DNA from: Tubulanus polymorphus
Taxonomy: Eukaryota; Animalia; Nemertea
Direction: 5' to 3'
Assembly: GCF_964204645.1 (NCBI RefSeq)
Contig: NC_134025.1
Location: 18,761,101 to 18,825,100 of the forward strand
DNA: 64,000 nt
Positions 38,343 through 50,800 of the stretch are shown one piece after another (positions within the stretch are counted from its first letter, which is position 1; every line of letters starts with the position of its first letter). Position numbers and translations under genes: made by a program. The notes below the pieces were generated by a model. The model worked only from the letters and a program-made list of their open reading frames with translations. It did not search any database and was not told the origin of the DNA.

Positions 38343-39869
38343 AACAATCACAAGAATGACATTTCAAAACCAGAAAGAATTACAAATGTGACGATTTTAC
38401 ATTCATTAACTTTAGATTTATTGAATATTACTTGCAACTGTGAAATAACATCAACATTTAGCCACTTATCACACATTATTTATTTAGATATATATATATA
38501 CACATAAACCCTTACCTTCTGGTAAATGTTTATGTACGAAAAAAAAAACATTCAAATGGAATAATAGTTTTGTGGACAATAACAATGTATTGGAATTGGC
38601 TTGGTTCATGAAGGCAAAACATATAAATCTTCTTATCAACAATATATTATACAAAGGTTTTTACAAAATGAACACATATAACTTTGCAATGTATGTTACA
38701 CAACATTCTATAGAGGTTGAGTGCTGGTACCATGAATTCCATGAAACTCGTTATAATGAGAGCATGAATAACAGTGAAAACAGTGAAAGCTGTGTACTTA
38801 AGGAAAATTGGATAAGTTTTTTACTGACTTTTGCATAAGGTGTTAGTCAAATCCGCTTCATCCGGATCCTAATTGACTGAGGATTTTATACGGATTACTT
38901 GAGAAATGAAATTTTAACCCAAAAGTATGAAAAATCTGGAAGTTATGGTCAGACAAGGTTGTTACTGGGACATGGACCCTTGAGTATTTAACATATCAAG
39001 TCGCCATAATGAAACTACATGTATAAGGTTTTTAGAGGCTATTTCTCAAAATCGTGTCATGAATATCTGACTGGGAATGTGGGAATGGCCACAGAAAGAA
39101 CCTCACTTCCCATAAATGTAAGTCGAAAATCATATTCCTTATTGAAAGCTTATTTACAGAATAATTTTTTCGAATGGTCATTTTCATTTCATTTCTAATC
39201 GATACACTACACACTTTAGTAACACTGATTGACCAACATCCATATCATTTAACATTATTTCGAAAAACTATTGAATGCTCTATAATTATGATTTGGATTA
39301 ACTTGGTAAAAATACATTGAATAGTGACATTTGGACCAGAAAATTACAACGGAATACAGATTAACAGTATTGGATTAACCGATAATTTCGTTAAATTAAA
39401 ATTTGGGCTAAAAAATGTACATTTATGCCGAAAATTCGGATAAACCAGACACGGTATAAGCGGATTTGATTGTATCAATTTACATATTAGGGGAAGGACA
39501 GGGGTGAATGCAATTACAAAAAAATTTTGGAGGCTAGGGTCCAGAAGAAAATGCATTTTTCAGATAAAGCAGCCATGTCATAGCTACTAGCTGGGTCCCA
39601 CCCTCCTTTGGTAATAGATACTTCTTAAAAAAAACATTGGAAAAAAGCAATTTTAAAGGTTTTAATGAATCTTTGTCTTGACAAAAATGGTGGCCTCAAT
39701 AGGAATGCAGGGGTCCAGACCCCACACACCCCCTAAATCTGCCCTACTAGAAAATAATAGGGACCCTTCATTAAGTATGTACCCAAGCCAGAGCTCTTCT
39801 ACCCCAATGCGTATGATCTGGGTACATAGTTAGGAAACTATTCAAAGGTCTAGGGACACCATGCCTAGA

Positions 39870-40132
39870 AGGTGAAATGTTTGACAATTTCAATAAAAAA
39901 ATGCGATTTACGCAGATAGCGGGTTCCATGCGGAGTGTACCCTTCTTTATCAAGGGTTTTTGCGGTAAACCCTGCATTGAACCAGTGTTTCGGGCGTAGT
40001 GGAGATGCATAAGCAGGGTACAAAATGCGTATAGCTATAATAACTGGATTCTGTCTATGGACAGACGAAGGAACCGACGAAAAGTGAAAGCAATAGCCCG
40101 CTAGGACTTAAATCCTAAGTGGGCTAAAAAGG
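39870..40132 (+). mobile_element. HINE-like element 3' fragment; related fragment at ~46900-47313
   Basis: GGACAGACGAAGGAACCGACG microsatellite-like tract, then stem-loop TAGCCCGCTAGGA..TCCTAAGTGGGCTA and an A run. Confidence 0.5.
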
Positions 40133-40217
40133 TGATAAAATTGGTTTTTGCCCTTAAATTTTACTTTAAAAAAAATTTCAACCTTCAATACCTACACACT
40201 ATGCATGAAAACCTTAA

Positions 40218-41011
40218 AGGTCGAGTGCCCTCTAATTCCTAGTTTTTTAGGTTTACTTTCCAAATGATACTTAAGTATATAAATGATGACCTGGGATCAG
40301 CCTTCTAGAAAAAAAATCACTTATGTAGCTGGATCATTGTCCTATATAGCGTATGCATCGCGGCCCCAGCCGCGTGTCAGCGCCACATTCATGCGTCATC
40401 TTAGCCAAACAAACATACACGTGTGTGAACTCAGCACATAGCCTATATGTAAAATCTATAAAACAACATCATTCCTTCGCTTTATTCACAGCTCTACTGC
40501 TGGCTATCCATTGTATGTTTGTTGTGTTATGTATAACAGTATCATCAGAAAGAATTTAGGAATCTTAAACAACTTCTAAAAGGTTTAAATACGCTACGAA
40601 TGGTGATTATGCGGTGCGGGATTAGAGACTGGAAACTGTTGGATTATTTCAGACGTACACTGCTTATTTCAAAAATCTATATAATAAAGCTAAATTCATT
40701 GTTTTAAATCAAATCTATTAGTTTGCCATAGCTTCGCTATTCATAAATCGTACCAAAAGTTAGTTATTCTTCAGTGGTACAACGCATGTGGAAATGTGTG
40801 TTGGACTACAATGACGTCAGCAATCGTGGGTTTTTCACAGCAAACGCGCACCTGCTGTGTACGGCAAACTGGTGAAAATAGCCGACTTTAAAGTTTTCTT
40901 TCTCAGTAATGGCTTTACCAAAATCAAAATTAGTAACACTTATCATTTATACACATATCACATTTAGAAAATAGGTTTTACACAATATTCTATTTAGAGG
41001 GCACTTGACCT
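40218..41011. mobile_element. Non-autonomous Kolobok-like DNA transposon
   Basis: TTAA TSD on both sides; TIR AGGTCGAGTGCCCTCTAA / TTAGAGGGCACTTGACCT (RR...YY termini). Confidence 0.8.
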
Positions 41012-41196
41012 TTAAGATAGCTACACAATATCACAATTTGAAGGCAATCAACTCAACAATAATGTTATTTTCTTTTTACCATTTTTAAAGTAGCTTTTTT
41101 GAGACTAACTGGTATTCACATTAGGGCTGAGCCTCGTTAGAAGGAATCTTGTGGGAAACAATGAAATCATCATACAAAATGGATTTTCTTTCTTAA

Positions 41197-41637
41197 CCCA
41201 TTAGCACTCAAGCCGCCCGTATCCGCCTCGGCACTTTTTTCGTATGCTGCGCAAAAAACAGTTATAATGGGATTCTAACCCAATAGCTCATGATAAACTA
41301 GACAACTCGAAATACCAAACAGAAATCAATATCCTCCCATTTAAATTTCTTAAGTATCTCGACTATGAACATGACAGATCCAAGCACTCTCTTCAAATCC
41401 AAGTAAGTAAGTTAGGATGAATCTCGGTGGGCCAAAAGGACATGATTTTGGTGGCCCACCTCATCAAACTTATATCACATGAAAGCCTTGACTATTTACT
41501 ACAAAATAACACGAACTGATAATGCATGGAAATAAACAGCAAATGAGCTATTCAGTATCGTGATGAACTTGGATTTTCCCTTGAACTTTCTGAGGAGTAA
41601 TTGACACTACATAGTGAAATTCCTGAGAGCTAATGGG
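41197..41637. mobile_element. piggyBac-like MITE
   Basis: ttaa|CCCATTAGCACTCA ... TGAGAGCTAATGGG|tttt; the right TTAA is decayed. Confidence 0.6.
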
Positions 41638-43886
41638 TTTTTGTGGATTCATAGTCAAAGCTCGTAGTAACACCAGCAACATGACCATCAAAATTATGAG
41701 TGGAGACTGGAAACTGCAGGAATATTTCAGATGTACTGTGCTAACTTGATCAAGGATTGTTTTAAATCTATACAGACTACCTCGGATGTAAAGTAGCAGT
41801 CGGGACCAGATAATTTATACATTATATCAGAAATACGGTATATGTATATACCGTAGAAACTTTAGTATATCCGAATTTCATTTAAAACCAAGGGATATCC
41901 ATGCATGCCTGCATGATCAAAAGACTTCAATGTGTTGAATAATCAGAGAAGTGGCTTGAAATTCCGTTCAAGTTTCATGCCGATGTTTGCAAATGCGATC
42001 TACTTATCATGGATCTTAAGTCGTTATCGAGGAGCATTATCTTCTCTCTTGTGTTAATATTTCATGAAAAATAACTAGACAAAAGTATACTAGAAATAGT
42101 AGTTAGATAAACTCCAACTCTCAAACACGCTGCTTTAAAACACGCGCTACAGACTGTTATCATATTGTGTAGGGCTATGATATCCCTATATGTAAGTGTT
42201 GTCATGGAAACAATCGATGAATCAGACATGAAACGTGCGTACAGCAGTAGGGCTATTGCACTGTATTTATGTACCAAAGGAAGAAAGTTTCATATGCGAT
42301 AGCAAAATAGACTTCGCTACAGCGAAAGTCCTTAAGAAGTTCTGGGCCATGAATTTTCTTTAAGAATCCACCTTATCCAGAATGATATCCAGAATTAGAC
42401 ATCAGTAAATTTTCATTAAAAGAGCATCAGTCTTGGCATATATTATTTCATTTCGATAACAAAGGAAAATGTGTGATACTGCCGACCACATGTATTGGTT
42501 CTTAACATCAGTTTGGTTCTTAACATCAGTTTAACAAATGTTTTTTTCTATAGGACTGTTCAAGGATATCATTGCAATTATGGCGAAGGGTGAGAGGTGG
42601 TATAATTTACATAAAACATAGATACCAAATGAACTGCGCACAAGCAAATTCTTGGCGATAGAGGAATTTGATGGTATTACGGATGGCTGTATGACGAGCT
42701 TTGACTGTATAAAATATCTCAACCAGGAGATCTAGAAATCATAGTAAAAACTAGTTTTGTATTGCATTAAACCGATTTGTATTAAAATACGTTTCATTAT
42801 ACTAACTCATCAATTCAAGTCCTTTGATGTCAATAAGTCTATTAGCAAGTACAAGCAAGTACAGCTTCATGAATGCATATAAAAAATGCACAGCATTGTT
42901 TTAAATATAAAAGGGGACAGAATATCTTTGATGGATGGTCTTCAATTTAAGACCTGATTTTACATAAAACCAATTTTACTTACAAAATAACACTTCACAA
43001 AATTCAAAAAAACATGAACTTTCATCCTTAGGAACTACCGTACCATATTTCTACCATAGGCCCTAAACGTACTATATGTATTCAGTACTGACTCCCTCTT
43101 CAATTTTTTTTCTGGTACCATTCGTTTATTGACAATGAACAAGGAACTTTCAGGCCTGTAGCGTGATTGATTTTATGGGCAGTCTGTTTTCCTTAAAATG
43201 CAAGAATTTATTTAACAGTGCTCGAAGGTAAAACCTCTGAGTTGTGATGGCAAGTTCAAGGCTTCCCATTGAGTTTAAGGCTAGTCGCAAGTACGTGTAG
43301 GCAGGCCTATTTGACCAGGAGTACATGAGACAAGTCCCAGATTCGATTTCTGAAAATTCATTTTTCAAGTAGAGCTCTTTTTCGGATTGTGGGCGGTTCA
43401 TCATAACCCCTAAATCCCCAACCCTCAAGCTATGGGCCCGACATTCTAGACATGATGATAGATGATGGCAGTGGTGATAACTTAACGTACATGCCTACAT
43501 AAATAACAATACGGTAATTCTAACAAAGACATAACGGTAAATGCTTATCTCAAAAATACTGCTTAACAACATCAAGCTTATCAATTCAGTCACATGTTTC
43601 ATAACACAAATATTCTTTAAGTATTTGAAGTAGACTCCATCCACTATTACATCAGTGAACTCAAAAAAAATGATTCATTGAATAACCATAAATTCTAACC
43701 GTAATGAGGAATGTGACAGTTGATTAAGCTAGTGGTTCAAACATCAAATTTTACTGTACATCATTTTATTCAAATTCAGCATGGCTAACAGAGAGTACAA
43801 TATAATGATTCCCGTCAACTAAATTCGCACTGCAATTCACCAACTTAAATCAATCTAGTAAGGCAGTGTCTACCAAACAATGATAA

Positions 43887-45236
43887 CTAGAATGGAGTCT
43901 CAAACAGTGAACTGAGATTCCTCGTTCTACGTAATCTCTGATAACTAGCATTGAACACACGCTTTATTCGATGGAATGTATATTCATCATATACAGACCG
44001 AGCCGTGTTTGATTTATCATACGGCTCTTCGATGCAAATGTGTTTCCATTGGGTTCGCGGCGGTATTTCGATACCCATCACCATATCCTTCGGCACCTTC
44101 ATTCCCAAACGGACTGATATTGCATATCTATCGAAGTCAAATGTTTCTGAATAATACTTCAAAAATCCGAGAAACAATTCGCCTAAACTAGCATTGTTTG
44201 TGCAGTTATAATTAGGTAGAGCGTCACTTAATGTAAGAGTGCGTATATCTGTATCACAGTTAAACTTACTCGGTGCAAGTTTTTGTAGAGACGGCATGAC
44301 TGGTGGCTCGGCTCCACATTGTAAATAGTGAATCAATAATAGTGTCAGTGAATAACTTGAAATAGTCATCTTACGTGCATCATTAATATCGTGAAAACGA
44401 GCCCAGTATTTGATATAAATGACCAATGGCCGAAGACGCCAATCCAGTCTCGCGTACGCCGCCAAGAGATGCGTATTTCGGATACCAACCCAGTTATTGA
44501 CGTTCAGATCACATTCTACATTGGCAATTTGATCCTCAAATTTCAAGATTGGCACTTTCGCTTTGATGAGAGTCAGCTTTTTGATAAAATTGCACTTGCG
44601 TAGTGCCGCATGAATGATGCCAAGAATTTCAGGAGCTTCTTTCTTTTGGTCAATGAGACGATGAGATAGCATCAGACAGAGATCTAAATCGCTATGAAGA
44701 CCTCCAAACCCACTCATCGACGATCCTACCATATACAGACCACAGTACGGAAATACTCCTTTCATTATGCTGTAGACAGCATCCCTTAGTCTCAGTTTTT
44801 TATGATACTGTTCTTCCGATTGATGGTTTGACATAAAATATAGCCACATTTCGTGGGACATATCATCACCCTCAGCAGGTCCAATCGACAATGGTAATGA
44901 TGCTGAAGGTGGTAAAGATGAAGTTGCAGCATCATCATGATTATCCGGTAGGCCTATACAAGATCGCTGTCTATTGTTAGGACCATCTAATTGGCAGTTC
45001 TTTGTTCGCTTAGGTGCTACTGATTGAACATTTGGTTCTTGCTCATGAACCCTTTTAATGCCTTTTGCCATGTTAACAACCGGTAAACCTATCTCTTTCA
45101 CCGCACGATCATTCAGCAAGCCTTGAAATGATGATGGTGGACAGGTCAAATTTCTAAATAGACGATCGAGGATAGGAGTCCCTTGGACTAGGTGGTTGGA
45201 TACAACTCTTTTCTTACAGAATGAGCTACCACTTGG
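43887..45236 (-). CDS. GLD2: Poly(A) RNA polymerase GLD-2 (TENT2/PAPD4-like), large terminal coding exon
   Basis: Pol-beta NTase motif GSSMSGFG..SDLDL, AKVPILKF, third Asp in ECDLNVNN, GIRNTHLL, INDA..TISSYS, PAP-associated CIEEPYD..NTARSV. The frame is open up to acceptor tttcttgtag at 45237/45238. First in-exon ATG at 45071 (394 aa). Confidence 0.88.
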   Translation of the reverse strand, partial: PSGSSFCKKRVVSNHLVQGTPILDRLFRNLTCPPSSFQGLLNDRAVKEIGLPVVNMAKGIKRVHEQEPNVQSVAPKRTKNCQLDGPNNRQRSCIGLPDNHDDAATSSLPPSASLPLSIGPAEGDDMSHEMWLYFMSNHQSEEQYHKKLRLRDAVYSIMKGVFPYCGLYMVGSSMSGFGGLHSDLDLCLMLSHRLIDQKKEAPEILGIIHAALRKCNFIKKLTLIKAKVPILKFEDQIANVECDLNVNNWVGIRNTHLLAAYARLDWRLRPLVIYIKYWARFHDINDARKMTISSYSLTLLLIHYLQCGAEPPVMPSLQKLAPSKFNCDTDIRTLTLSDALPNYNCTNNASLGELFLGFLKYYSETFDFDRYAISVRLGMKVPKDMVMGIEIPPRTQWKHICIEEPYDKSNTARSVYDEYTFHRIKRVFNASYQRLRRTRNLSSLFETPF

Positions 45237-45984
45237 CTACAAGAAACATATACTGGTAATGGAACTGTCTGTCAAACATTTCTGTGCAATTGAATAAGCT
45301 ACAGCCTACATGAATAAACCTTCTTTATGCATTCCAACAGACAAATAGACACCAGGGCTATGTTTTTCAGTGATGATAAGTTATCTTTGTGGATAAGCCT
45401 CTCCAGGTGATAGAATTCCACCTTTCCGGCGATTCATATCATAGGGATAAATCCTGTCATTAACACTGGAACCAGGGTACAGTTTCATGGAAAATTTTTC
45501 AAGGCCTACACAGTGTACAAAACTTGTAATTCAAATTGTTGTAGATGAAAATATAAAATACCCAAATAGCAACTAGTCAACCCCTGGTGGATTTTGTCAA
45601 CCTCATAATATTATGGTCCCACTGTTGAGAGTACTCTTAAGGGATCAAATCCAAGAACAGTTAAGTAACTTACTAGCATTCATACTAAATTTGGTAATGA
45701 TTTGGTAATAAACATTTTACCACTTAATTGATAGAAATATGGGAGACAATCTAAGAATGACCCATAGAACAAGCATTGAAAATCCAGTGAAGATCCAATA
45801 AAAATTGAAGGACAGGTGGCCACTCATAAAATAATGTTCCAGCCCACCCTCTCAAGCTCAAAACACAACTAGGGCTCCAGGGACACCCTGCCCACTTAGT
45901 GAAATGCTTGACAATCTGACAATTTCAATTTCCCCTGGTGAACATATAGAAGACAAAGACCTTAAATCTCACAATTACCATAGG

Positions 45985-46323
45985 CAGGGTTCCTACAGAT
46001 CAGTAATTCCAAAATTCAAGGACTTTTCAAGGAGAACATTTCAAATTTCGAGGAGTATATGCATCACTTTCATATCCCAATTACTGGCGACTCCTTCTAA
46101 ATCGGTACTATTTATCTTAGTAAACCATTTAATTCAGTGGAATCAGTGTTATAATAACTAGGCCTCAAACCTTAACATTTTCTAATTACCAATTTCTTAA
46201 AATTCAAGGAGTTTTGAAGGACTTTTGGGCATTTTGTTGAAATTCAAGGACATTCAAGGACCTTGAAATATACTTTTGGTTTTGAAGGAGTTTTCAATGA
46301 ATCAAAGAGTCGTAGGGACCCTG
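45985..46323. mobile_element. MITE with CAGGGTTC ends
   Basis: CAGGGTTCCTAC ... GTAGGGACCCTG, with subterminal TTCAAGGA repeats; related to 47629-48464. Confidence 0.65.
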
Positions 46324-46450
46324 CATGCATAGAGCTTGTCAATGGCAACAATTTTGGTGAACAATGGTAATGTAGCTACAATAGACACTCATATATGCCT
46401 TATGCAGGGTTTCCCTGATGCTGTTTTTTTTACCTTTTTCCACCCACGAA

Positions 46451-46793
46451 TCATCCTCCCACGGTGCAGGGATTCGAACCTGAACGCATCGCTACACTCA
46501 GCCACAGCACAAACCCCTGCCACAGTAGACCGGGTGCGCATGTACATGCGCAGCTATGCCGCACGAAAATTTGTTGCACCAATCAGATTGCTTGTTGTAT
46601 AATCGCTGAGGTAAATTTCATGGAAGAACTATAGGCTAAATGGGAAAACCCGGGCTAAAATAAAATGGAATATATGATTGGCTTATAATGACATCCAAGC
46701 TGCGCATGTAGCTGCGCACTCAGTCTGTGTGGCAGAGTTTCGTACCGTGGCAAGTCTCGAAGCCATCATATTCGAATCCCTGCCGGGGGAGGA
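46451..46793. mobile_element. Palindromic element with ~110-bp inverted arms carrying B-box motifs
   Basis: Left TCATCCTCCCACGGTGCAGGGATTCGAA..CTGCCACAG..GTGCGCA; right TGCGCAC..GTGGCAG..TTCGAATCCCTGCCGGGGGAGGA. Confidence 0.6.
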
Positions 46794-47504
46794 CTCCCAC
46801 GAATGAGTACTGATGAAACCGAGATGGCCGCCAATTGTGTGATAATTGGATGATCAAAAATACCTGTTTCATTGTACTTTCTAAGTATATTGGTCCAAAG
46901 AATATTCATCCTAACTTGGAATTGATCTGATTAAAACAATTAGTAGTAGCAATTTGAAGAAATAGAAGCTCCAACCATAGGGGGCCCCTGGGGGAAAATC
47001 TAGAAATGGCTCAGTAGCTTTGTAGGTCTTGGTCCATAGAACATTCATACCAAATTTGGAATTGATATGGTTAAAACTGTAAGAGTAGTAGCTATTTGAA
47101 GAAATAGAAACCCACGATTTGATTTTGGCGAACAAAAATGGCTGCAAGTTGGCCATCTCGATTCTGACCGACCAGATGTTGGGCTGAAGATGTGTCTAGG
47201 GTAGATACAACCAAATATCAAGGCATTACATTCAAGCCTTCAAAACTTCCTAAAATAACTGGATTCCATCTATGGATAAAAAGTGAACGAAATAGTCCCA
47301 AGTAGGCTAAAAACTTTTTCAAATTTACACTTATCAATCATTGATATTGCAGTAATTCACACATTTCAGCTAAAATATCTCAAGAATGATTATTGTGTAT
47401 TTATGTAACATTATCTATCGTTAAATATGAAAATTATTTAAGCGCTAATTGATCTTCGACTACAAAGTCACAGAGCACTCAACATATCCCAAACCCTATC
47501 TCTC

Positions 47505-48843
47505 GGCTATCCCAAAATAATTGTCTGTTGTTTGTCATCACCCGACTGACCCGACTTCAAAGGTACTAAGTGAAAACGTTTATTAAAACAAATTTTATTT
47601 ATGACAAGAACCAGCTGCCCGACACACTCAGGGTTCTTACAGATCTACTAATCCAAAATTCCCTGATCCTTGAACCAAAATTCCATGATCATCATCATCA
47701 GCAGCAAAACGAGGCACCATAGTGCTCCCCAAGAAATTTTTGAAAATGTACTGCTCTTTGGTGCATTTTCCAAGCAATAAATTAAGTCTTGATGCAAATT
47801 GCTTTTAATTAAAAAATGTAATGTGCTTCAAGATCTTGTCATGGACACTTAAGCCAGAAATCTTTGTAGTCTGCTTTTGTGCATTTTTTGACTGCATTTT
47901 AATTGATTTGGTTATGAAAACTACTTCAACCGGCTAATCGCAATTACTAACTAAGCCATATTTCTAATATATGATCATGGAATTTATTCAGAACTCAGGG
48001 ACTTATCAGAGAAGTATAATTAAGATCCCCATGTCTTGCCCTCTAAAAACTATTGTAAAGCAATCAAAGGCCATGTGAACTACTATCAGCTATTACATTG
48101 TCATTTGATGTTCTCAATTAAGATTAGGCCTACAATGACCCTACCATAACAGTAGAACATTCAAGAACACAGTATTATGTTTATTCTGTGATTCCAGCTT
48201 TGTGGTGACAAATCATGCTGTGATGCAATTCACAACTTGGAATCATAAAAGAGAGCTATCTGAAAACAGAGCTTCAGAAAATGACCAAGCTACTTTTCTA
48301 ATTCCCTGACTTTGAAAACAGAGCTTCAGAAAATGACCAAGCTACTTTTCAAATTCCCTGACTTTTCCCTGATTTTTAAGGAGAGAGTCAGAATTGCCTG
48401 ATATTCCCTACAGGGAAAAATAATTCTGAAATTTGCTGAATTTCCCTGATCCGTAAGAACCCTGCACACCGCCGAAGTAGGCCTATGCACTATGTATGTT
48501 TGTAGGCAAGTAGCCTATAAATCGTGTGAAAACGTGCATCAACGCGTAACATAATTTTCATGGAAACTGGCAATGTTCCAATAGGCTGGAATGTTAAGGG
48601 CGCATATTCAAATTATTGTTTCATTTTGAACACATGGATGACACTCTGGATGAAGTTAAAATTTTAAAATCTAGGCTATTAGACAAATTTCCTTGGCACA
48701 ACGCCGATTTGTGATATTGTTTTTCATGTAGGGCCTAAAGAAGATGACAAACTAGTTTTTTGCCATAAAAATTCTTCCTACCTACTAACTAACCATGAAA
48801 ACTTCGAGTCGGTGTTCCGGCAAACAGACAATCGAGATGGCCC
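47505..48843. mobile_element. Inverted copy of the 33447 Harbinger MITE, interrupted by a nested TIR element (47629-48464)
   Basis: Outer ends GGCTATCCCAAAATAATTGTCTG / CAAACAGACAATCGAGATGGCC; inner TIR CAGGGTTCTTAC(A/G)GATC with near-TSD cacact/cacacc. Confidence 0.75.
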
Positions 48844-48985
48844 TAAACCGTCTAGAGACCCTACACTCAACCCTAACTCTAGATCCTCTTAACCTTAACC
48901 ATATCGCAACCCTTACCCTAAAGGCTAGGCCTACCTAATAAAATGCAGACAGTCTTCTGTCACGGGAGTATGTAATCGTATCCAC

Positions 48986-49045
48986 CTGACTATGTTTACG
49001 CAACATGGGTTGCGTAGATTTTAGTTCCAACAACTGAATGGACAT
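48986..49045 (-). CDS. Possible upstream coding exon of GLD2
   Basis: gcaATG..MSIQLLELKSTQPMLRKHSQ ends at CAG|gtggat (weak donor), phase 0, compatible with the 45236 acceptor; no homology support. Confidence 0.3.
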
Positions 49046-49372
49046 TGCTGAATATGTATGCGCAGAACTGTTGGACTTAGAAAATCTCAAGTAGAAACCA
49101 ACGAAAATTTGGGTTCGAACATGAAACCCGTGGAATGCCAGCGGGAGGGCCCTGGACCCAGCGCCCTACCCACTGTGCCAACATGGCCAAGACTCAGAAT
49201 TACAAACCTTTTAACTATCAACAATCTCCAACCTAACCCTAACGGTACTCTAAAAATAATAATAATATTACGATTTCCATTAGGCCTATAACTTATCCGT
49301 CGGCAAAATGATGCTAACACTTTCATAACCCCATCCCAAAAATGTTCATTCCTGTAGGTATAGGCCTGTTAC

Positions 49373-49535
49373 CAATCAAGGTCTAGGGAATCAAAATAAA
49401 ATACTGACAAACAAACAACAAATTTGTTATATCAAAATTCTGATAATTTTGGGGCGATTTCGTTGATTCAAAACGACAGGTCGGCCATGTTGCTGTGCTG
49501 ATTACCACCTGAAAACGTCTCAACCAATAGGGCTA
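49373..49535 (-). promoter_or_regulatory. Possible GLD2 promoter/first exon
   Basis: CCAAT box at ~49524, YY1-like CAACATGGCCG at ~49482-49492, donor TTG|gtaaca at 49372, acceptor atttttag at 49250. Confidence 0.35.
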
Positions 49536-49729
49536 AGACGCATGAACTGTTGACATAATTTTGTTTATGACCATTAAACTTACCTTCATCATAACATAGG
49601 CCTATATAAAATCATTAGCAACACATTAAAATAATACATCCGTGGACACGTGATCTTAATGCATGGTTATGCTTGAAAAATTGGTTTAGCAAACTTTCAA
49701 TGTCATAACATTTCAGTATGGAGTTGCCA

Positions 49730-50800
49730 ATGCACCAGTAAATCAAAAACCTACGGGTGCCGGAAACGAAAATTAGCGCCTGCGTCTTTTTCCCTGCTAC
49801 CAGAATCGTTATTTCTATTGCTGACACTGCTGTAGCGCTATAGATCGCCTACACACACGGGGATTCCTACACTATATGTGACGGGGCTTTCTTGTAAATC
49901 CTGTATATGCCTCGTCTGTCCGGAGGTCCACTCCACCAACCAACATTAAACAACAACGAAAGACCTGCGGGAACAGTGTAAATCAAATCAACATATATTT
50001 CAGAGTGGTTGCCTGGAAGGCGACCGCCAACAAACTAACACTGTTCCCGCCAAGACTTCAAACTATATGCAGACCATGAAGATGGCAGCACCGAACGGAG
50101 GCTATCAATTATACCGCCGAATAAACAGCCCGGCAACATATAGATCGCTTTAGTATGCGGGGAATACTTTTACTGGATAAAATTAAACTACAAAGCTTTT
50201 GCAAGTATTCGGCATAGTTTTCTCCATTATGATTATATATACAATTTCATAATTATTTAGAGATTTGTTCATTAACACTTTTCAGCACAAGAAACATTAT
50301 ACTTTTGGTAAGGTTAAAAAATATCAAACAAGGAACGCATTGCAGAGATGCTGGATTTATTGATGGGCGTATGATTTTAAAGATTGGATATCGAATAGGT
50401 TAAAACCATTTCAACCATTAGCCTACGATAGAATTCGATTTCTCAAGATTAAATGATATCATCAGAAAAATATTACAAACCAATGTTTGAAAAAAGTGAT
50501 CTAATTGAGCTTTTAAAAACAGTAAAAATATGAATTTATGGAAATAAAAAGTTTGTTGTTGAAGATGGCGCTAGCTAGCGCTGTAGATCGCTCGGCTCGA
50601 CGTTGCGGGTGAGGATGTCAGCGCTATTTGACGCTGTGGATCGGGTCCGTACGCAAGGACTAGTCGCTAATGCTGCGCTGTTACCGGTATGCAATCCACT
50701 TTTTTTCGCTGGATCGCCTCACCCTCTGTCCCGGCACTAATTTGCGCTAATTTTCATTTCCCGGCACCCGTAGGACGGGAACTTTCAGTGACTGGTGCAT
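49730..50800. mobile_element. ~1.07-kb non-autonomous TIR element
   Basis: ATGCACCAGT..CCTACGGGTGCCGGAAACGAAAATTAGCGC versus GCGCTAATTTTCATTTCCCGGCACCCGTAGG..ACTGGTGCAT; no clear TSD. Confidence 0.7.

Noticed and set aside
37975-38507. Repeated MRIHLPIRNKEQVTCSLF peptides as a small-protein family
   Set aside because: They are translations of a non-coding modular repeat, with TTG starts and inconsistent frames.
42800-43880. Cytoplasmic polyadenylation elements (UUUUAU) in the GLD2 3' UTR
   Set aside because: Such words are expected by chance at this AT content and the UTR end is unknown.
43887-45149. cGAS/CD-NTase or other immune nucleotidyltransferase
   Set aside because: Motifs (AKVPI, NTHLL, SSYS, IEEP..NTARSV) are those of the TENT/GLD-2 non-canonical poly(A) polymerases. 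The ORF-track start at 45149 is a TTG and not a credible start.
35036-45236. GLD2-TIMM9 operon or shared first exon
   Set aside because: Same-strand adjacency and an acceptor close to the TIMM9 ATG are compatible, but ordinary separate promoters explain it equally well; nothing in the sequence discriminates.
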